Of a DNA stretch of 64,000 nt, positions 60,790 to 64,000 are shown in pieces. The notes beneath the pieces are model-generated. The model was given only the letters and a program-made list of their open reading frames with translations, had not been told where the DNA came from and searched no databases. The translations under genes were made by a program, and so were the position numbers. How positions within the stretch are numbered: position 1 is the stretch's first letter; every line of letters begins with the position of its first letter. The DNA comes from an uncultured candidate division Zixibacteria bacterium (lineage in GTDB: Bacteria; Zixibacteria; MSB-5A5; RBG-16-43-9): contig OY970208.1 of NCBI GenBank assembly GCA_963713865.1, forward strand, positions 416,001 through 480,000. The letters run 5' to 3'.

Positions 60790-61737
60790 ATGAGAGAGAA
60801 AAGAATTTTAGTTGGAGCAGTTATATTTTTACTGTTATTTACCTCAATTAGTTTGGGAACAAACTCGAAAGTGGGAACCACTGCCTATCCCTTCTTAAAA
60901 GTTGGTGTGGGAGCCCGGGCTTCTGCTCTGGGTGGCGCTTTTGTGGGTTTATCAGATGATGAATCAGCTTTATATTTTAACCCGGCTGGCCTTTTGCAAT
61001 TGAAAGGCAATCATTTCATCACCTATTACAACAACTTTATTACCGACATTCAATCTGGCTTTGTGGGTTATATCCATCCCTATTCAGAAAAAGTCAACTT
61101 AGGTTTATCCATAAACTATTTCAACTACGGTTCAATGGAGGAGACAGACAGTTCTGGCAGAAGTTTGGGGACTTTTGGAGCAGGTGATTTGTGTTTTGCC
61201 TTCTCTTATGCCAGAGATATTAAGCCCAGACTGGATTTGGGTGCAAATGTAAAGTTCATCCTGGAAAACGAGAGTGCCCAGGGTCATTCCTCAGATGCTT
61301 TAGCCTTAGATTTAGGTGGATTTTATCAGCTCAAAGATGAGCGCACCAGATTCGGGGCAGTAGTTCAAAACTTAGGATTTCAGCTTAAAGGATTTACCTC
61401 AAGCCATAAAGACCCTTTGCCCACTGTGGTAAAAGCAGGGATCTCACACAACTTAAAAGAGGTTCCTCTCTTAGTGGCAGGTGATGTGTCTTTACCCTTT
61501 GATAATGACATCTACTTCAGTTTAGGAGGGGAGATAACCTATTTTAAACCTCTTTTCTTGAGACTGGGCTGGACCTCTTTTGGTGAAAATTTCAAAACCG
61601 ACTCAGATAAAGATAAGTGGGCTGGGGTTTCTTTGGGTTTTGGGATGCACTGGAGAAAATATAAATTCGATTATGCTTATTCCTCCTATGCAGATTTAGG
61701 AGGGATACACCGGATAACCATAGCCGGCGGGATATAA
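60790..61737 (+). CDS. PorV/PorQ-family outer membrane beta-barrel
   Basis: FLKVGVGARASALGGAF..DESALYFNPAGL; signal peptide. Confidence 0.8.
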   Translation: MREKRILVGAVIFLLLFTSISLGTNSKVGTTAYPFLKVGVGARASALGGAFVGLSDDESALYFNPAGLLQLKGNHFITYYNNFITDIQSGFVGYIHPYSEKVNLGLSINYFNYGSMEETDSSGRSLGTFGAGDLCFAFSYARDIKPRLDLGANVKFILENESAQGHSSDALALDLGGFYQLKDERTRFGAVVQNLGFQLKGFTSSHKDPLPTVVKAGISHNLKEVPLLVAGDVSLPFDNDIYFSLGGEITYFKPLFLRLGWTSFGENFKTDSDKDKWAGVSLGFGMHWRKYKFDYAYSSYADLGGIHRITIAGGI

Positions 61738-61762
61738 ACTTTTATATTCAGGAGGGGAAAAG

Positions 61763-62020
61763 ATGCCAGAAGAAGAAATTGGGAAAATAGCGGATTATTT
61801 TGCTAAAATCAATGTAGCTGCCATTGACATTACCAAAGGCACTTTAAAAGTTGGAGACACAATCCATATCAAAGGACATACCACAGATTTTGAACAAGCG
61901 GTTGATTCGATCCAGATAGAACATCAGAGTGTCCCGGAGGCAAAGCCTGGCGATTCTATCGGCATAAAGGTGAAAGATAAGGTCAGGGACCACGATATTG
62001 TCTATAAGGTACTTCCTTAA
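61763..62020 (+). CDS. Small translation elongation factor-like beta-barrel protein
   Basis: IGKIADYFAKINVA, LKVGDTIHIKG, SIQI, GDSIGIKV. Confidence 0.75.
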   Translation: MPEEEIGKIADYFAKINVAAIDITKGTLKVGDTIHIKGHTTDFEQAVDSIQIEHQSVPEAKPGDSIGIKVKDKVRDHDIVYKVLP

Positions 62021-62030
62021 CTTAAAGAGT

Positions 62031-62120
62031 GTCATTCTGAGGGAGTCCGCCTTTGGCGAGACGACTGAAGAATCTCTTGATTTATATGGAGATTCTTCGC
62101 CCTTCGGGGTCAGAATGACA
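62031..62120. repeat. GTCATTCTGAG-type double-hairpin repeat
   Basis: gtcattctgaggga..gaagaatctc..gagattcttc..cagaatgac; second copy at 23764-23848. Confidence 0.7.
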
Positions 62121-62197
62121 AATAATTAATTCCAGTTTTACAGTGTTACTGAAAGGTCTGACCTGAGAGAGACATTATTGATTAAGAGGAGGATAAC

Positions 62198-62677
62198 TTG
62201 ATAAAAATCCCAGGAGGTGTTGATTTCAAGGGTATTCCGGTAGAGGAAAAATATAAAAGCGCCACTGCCGGGCTTTTGCAAAGAGTACATACAATCTATA
62301 AAGGGCTTTATCAGAGATTTGGCCAGCAGGGATTAGACCTGATCCGGGAGGTAAGCGAAACCTACGGAAAAGAAATTGCTGAAAGGGGCAAGAAGAGGGT
62401 TAAACCGGGAGATGTGAAATCCGCAGGGCTTTTTCTCATGCGGGTTTTTGATATGATTAACTGCGAGGGGGAGGTAACAGAATTTTCAGACGACAAAGTA
62501 GTCATCCGCCTTTTCAAATGTCCTTACCCTTTTGACGACCCCAAAATCTGCGAAGCGCATACCGCCATGGAAAAAGCACTGATAGAATCTTTAAGCGACG
62601 AATTTTTCTATAAGATTACCGAATCTATCCCCTCGGGTGGAAGGTTCTGCGAGCATGTGATCAGTTTAAAAAAGTAG
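62198..62677 (+). CDS. V4R/ATC-hydrolase-like protein with putative metal-binding Cys
   Basis: CPY, ICEAH, GGRFCEH pattern. Confidence 0.55.
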   Translation: MIKIPGGVDFKGIPVEEKYKSATAGLLQRVHTIYKGLYQRFGQQGLDLIREVSETYGKEIAERGKKRVKPGDVKSAGLFLMRVFDMINCEGEVTEFSDDKVVIRLFKCPYPFDDPKICEAHTAMEKALIESLSDEFFYKITESIPSGGRFCEHVISLKK

Positions 62678-62953
62678 GGACAGAATCCACCTCAGGCGGA
62701 TTCTGTCCTGTGTTATTTTTTAGTGCTTTAAAGCTGGGACAGGGATTGCACCCCTGTCCCATTTACGAGCAGGGTGAGATTTGGTAGGTCAAGTATGTCC
62801 AAGGGACTGCTTGACAAAATTGATTGCTTTGAGATTCTTCGGTAATAGCACCCTCAAACCAGTTTGAGGGTGCCACCCACAGTGGAACAGACATCTTGTC
62901 TGTTCTTCAGGTTATTCGTTGCTACAGGAGTAGCAACGCTACGTATTTAAAAT

Positions 62954-63697
62954 ATGCTCGACACCATTACCTTTGACCTCTGGAATACTCTGATATATTT
63001 CTCGCCTGAGGACAATCTCAAATTCAAAAATAAGAGAATTGAAGGATTTATCGAAGTTCTAAAAAATATCGGGGTTAATTTGTCCAGAGAAGAGATGGAG
63101 AAAGCCTATGATGAGAGTTCCGAGAGATATAAGCCTATCCGGGAAAGAGAAGAGGATATCTCTACCCGGGAGCAGGTTCAGATAATCTTAGACTGTTTAG
63201 AGACTCATGGTTTTAAAGAATTTGATGAAGAGGTTTTGAATAGATTAGAGGAGGTGCTAGCAAATCAGATACTTACAGAGCTTCCAATCCTTGAAGAAGG
63301 TAGCGAAGAGATACTGAGTTATCTTAAGAATAAAAATTATAAAATTGGTCTTATCTGTAACACCGGCAGGACACCGGGAAAAGTTTTAAGGGAAGTGCTT
63401 AAAAGAAAAAATATATTTCAATTTTTCAAAGTTTTGACTTTCTCAGACGAATTGAGGATTCGCAAACCAAATTCCAAAATTTTTATTTCTACCCTTAAAA
63501 CACTTGATAGTTCCCCAGATTCTTCTTTACACATAGGGGATTTGCTGGAATCCGATATCTTAGGAGCTAAAAGATGCGGGATGAAAGCGGGCTGGATTTG
63601 CCCGGAGTGGGATAGATGCCAGATAGATTTTCTGCCTGAACAAAGACCAGATTTCATTTTGCCCAATCTGACTTCTATTAAAAAAAATTTAACGTAG
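62954..63697 (+). CDS. HAD-family hydrolase
   Basis: FDLWNTL, ICNT, RKP, HIGDLLESDILGA. Confidence 0.9.
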   Translation: MLDTITFDLWNTLIYFSPEDNLKFKNKRIEGFIEVLKNIGVNLSREEMEKAYDESSERYKPIREREEDISTREQVQIILDCLETHGFKEFDEEVLNRLEEVLANQILTELPILEEGSEEILSYLKNKNYKIGLICNTGRTPGKVLREVLKRKNIFQFFKVLTFSDELRIRKPNSKIFISTLKTLDSSPDSSLHIGDLLESDILGAKRCGMKAGWICPEWDRCQIDFLPEQRPDFILPNLTSIKKNLT

Positions 63698-63943
63698 ATA
63701 GAGTCTAATTCCTCAAGAAGCATAACCTAATAGATTAATTCTGCCGATATATTTTATGCGAATATAACTTTAAGGGGGATAGAGGTCTATAGAAAGCCGG
63801 GAGCGAGCAATAAGACAGTTTCTTATGTTTTTTTTAGGCCACCCGCCTTTATAAAACTATTTTCATAGGAGGTCTTGGATTATTTTCTTGACAGCATTAA
63901 GAAAAACTTTATATTGAAAAACTCTGAAATGAGGTGAGTTAGA

Positions 63944-64000
63944 ATGAAGATCGGTATTTTAACTGGCGGAGGGGATTGTCCGGGGCTCAATGCAGTTATC
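63944..64000 (+). CDS. pfkA: 6-phosphofructokinase (5' end only)
   Basis: MKIGILTGGGDCPGLNAVI after RBS gaggtg. Confidence 0.85.
   Translation, partial: MKIGILTGGGDCPGLNAVI

Noticed and set aside
120-63723. Many antisense ORFs in the six-frame track
   Set aside because: They overlap well-supported genes on the opposite strand or frame and lack motifs.
1-64000. tRNA, rRNA or prophage genes
   Set aside because: No cloverleaf, rRNA-like stretch or phage structural gene recognised; not confirmed with tools.

Overview
Bacterial chromosomal window of mostly housekeeping genes; gene content (GWxTD proteins, PorV/PorQ-like barrel, TonB-ExbBD cluster) suggests an FCB-group diderm, which is inference only. 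From 1 to 24.8 kb (minus strand) are ABC/efflux operons, two GWxTD proteins, hppA and a TPR-ExbB-ExbD-ExbD-TonB cluster. From 37.5 to 64 kb are hutH/hutU/hutI, DinG, an aldehyde dehydrogenase, lpdA, an intact IS1202-type element with a 16-bp target duplication, a PAS/REC two-component island and the start of pfkA. The notable part is 24.85-37.45 kb, which holds three tandem integron-like platforms with no integrase in the window. Each has a sigma70 promoter, a conserved attI-like left arm, one or more gene cassettes ending in attC-like sites, and a conserved right arm. The five cassettes are supported by complementarity between their two ends (perfect for two, one mismatch for two, partial for one). 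The first cassette is 5.6 kb and carries a four-gene candidate anti-phage operon: DruA/DUF4338-like protein, Zn-ribbon-kinase-ATPase fusion, tandem CARF-like Rossmann protein and membrane protein. I do not recognise this combination as a described system. Intergenic DNA is rich in REP-like palindromes and MITE-like elements. All calls are by eye; no searches were run.
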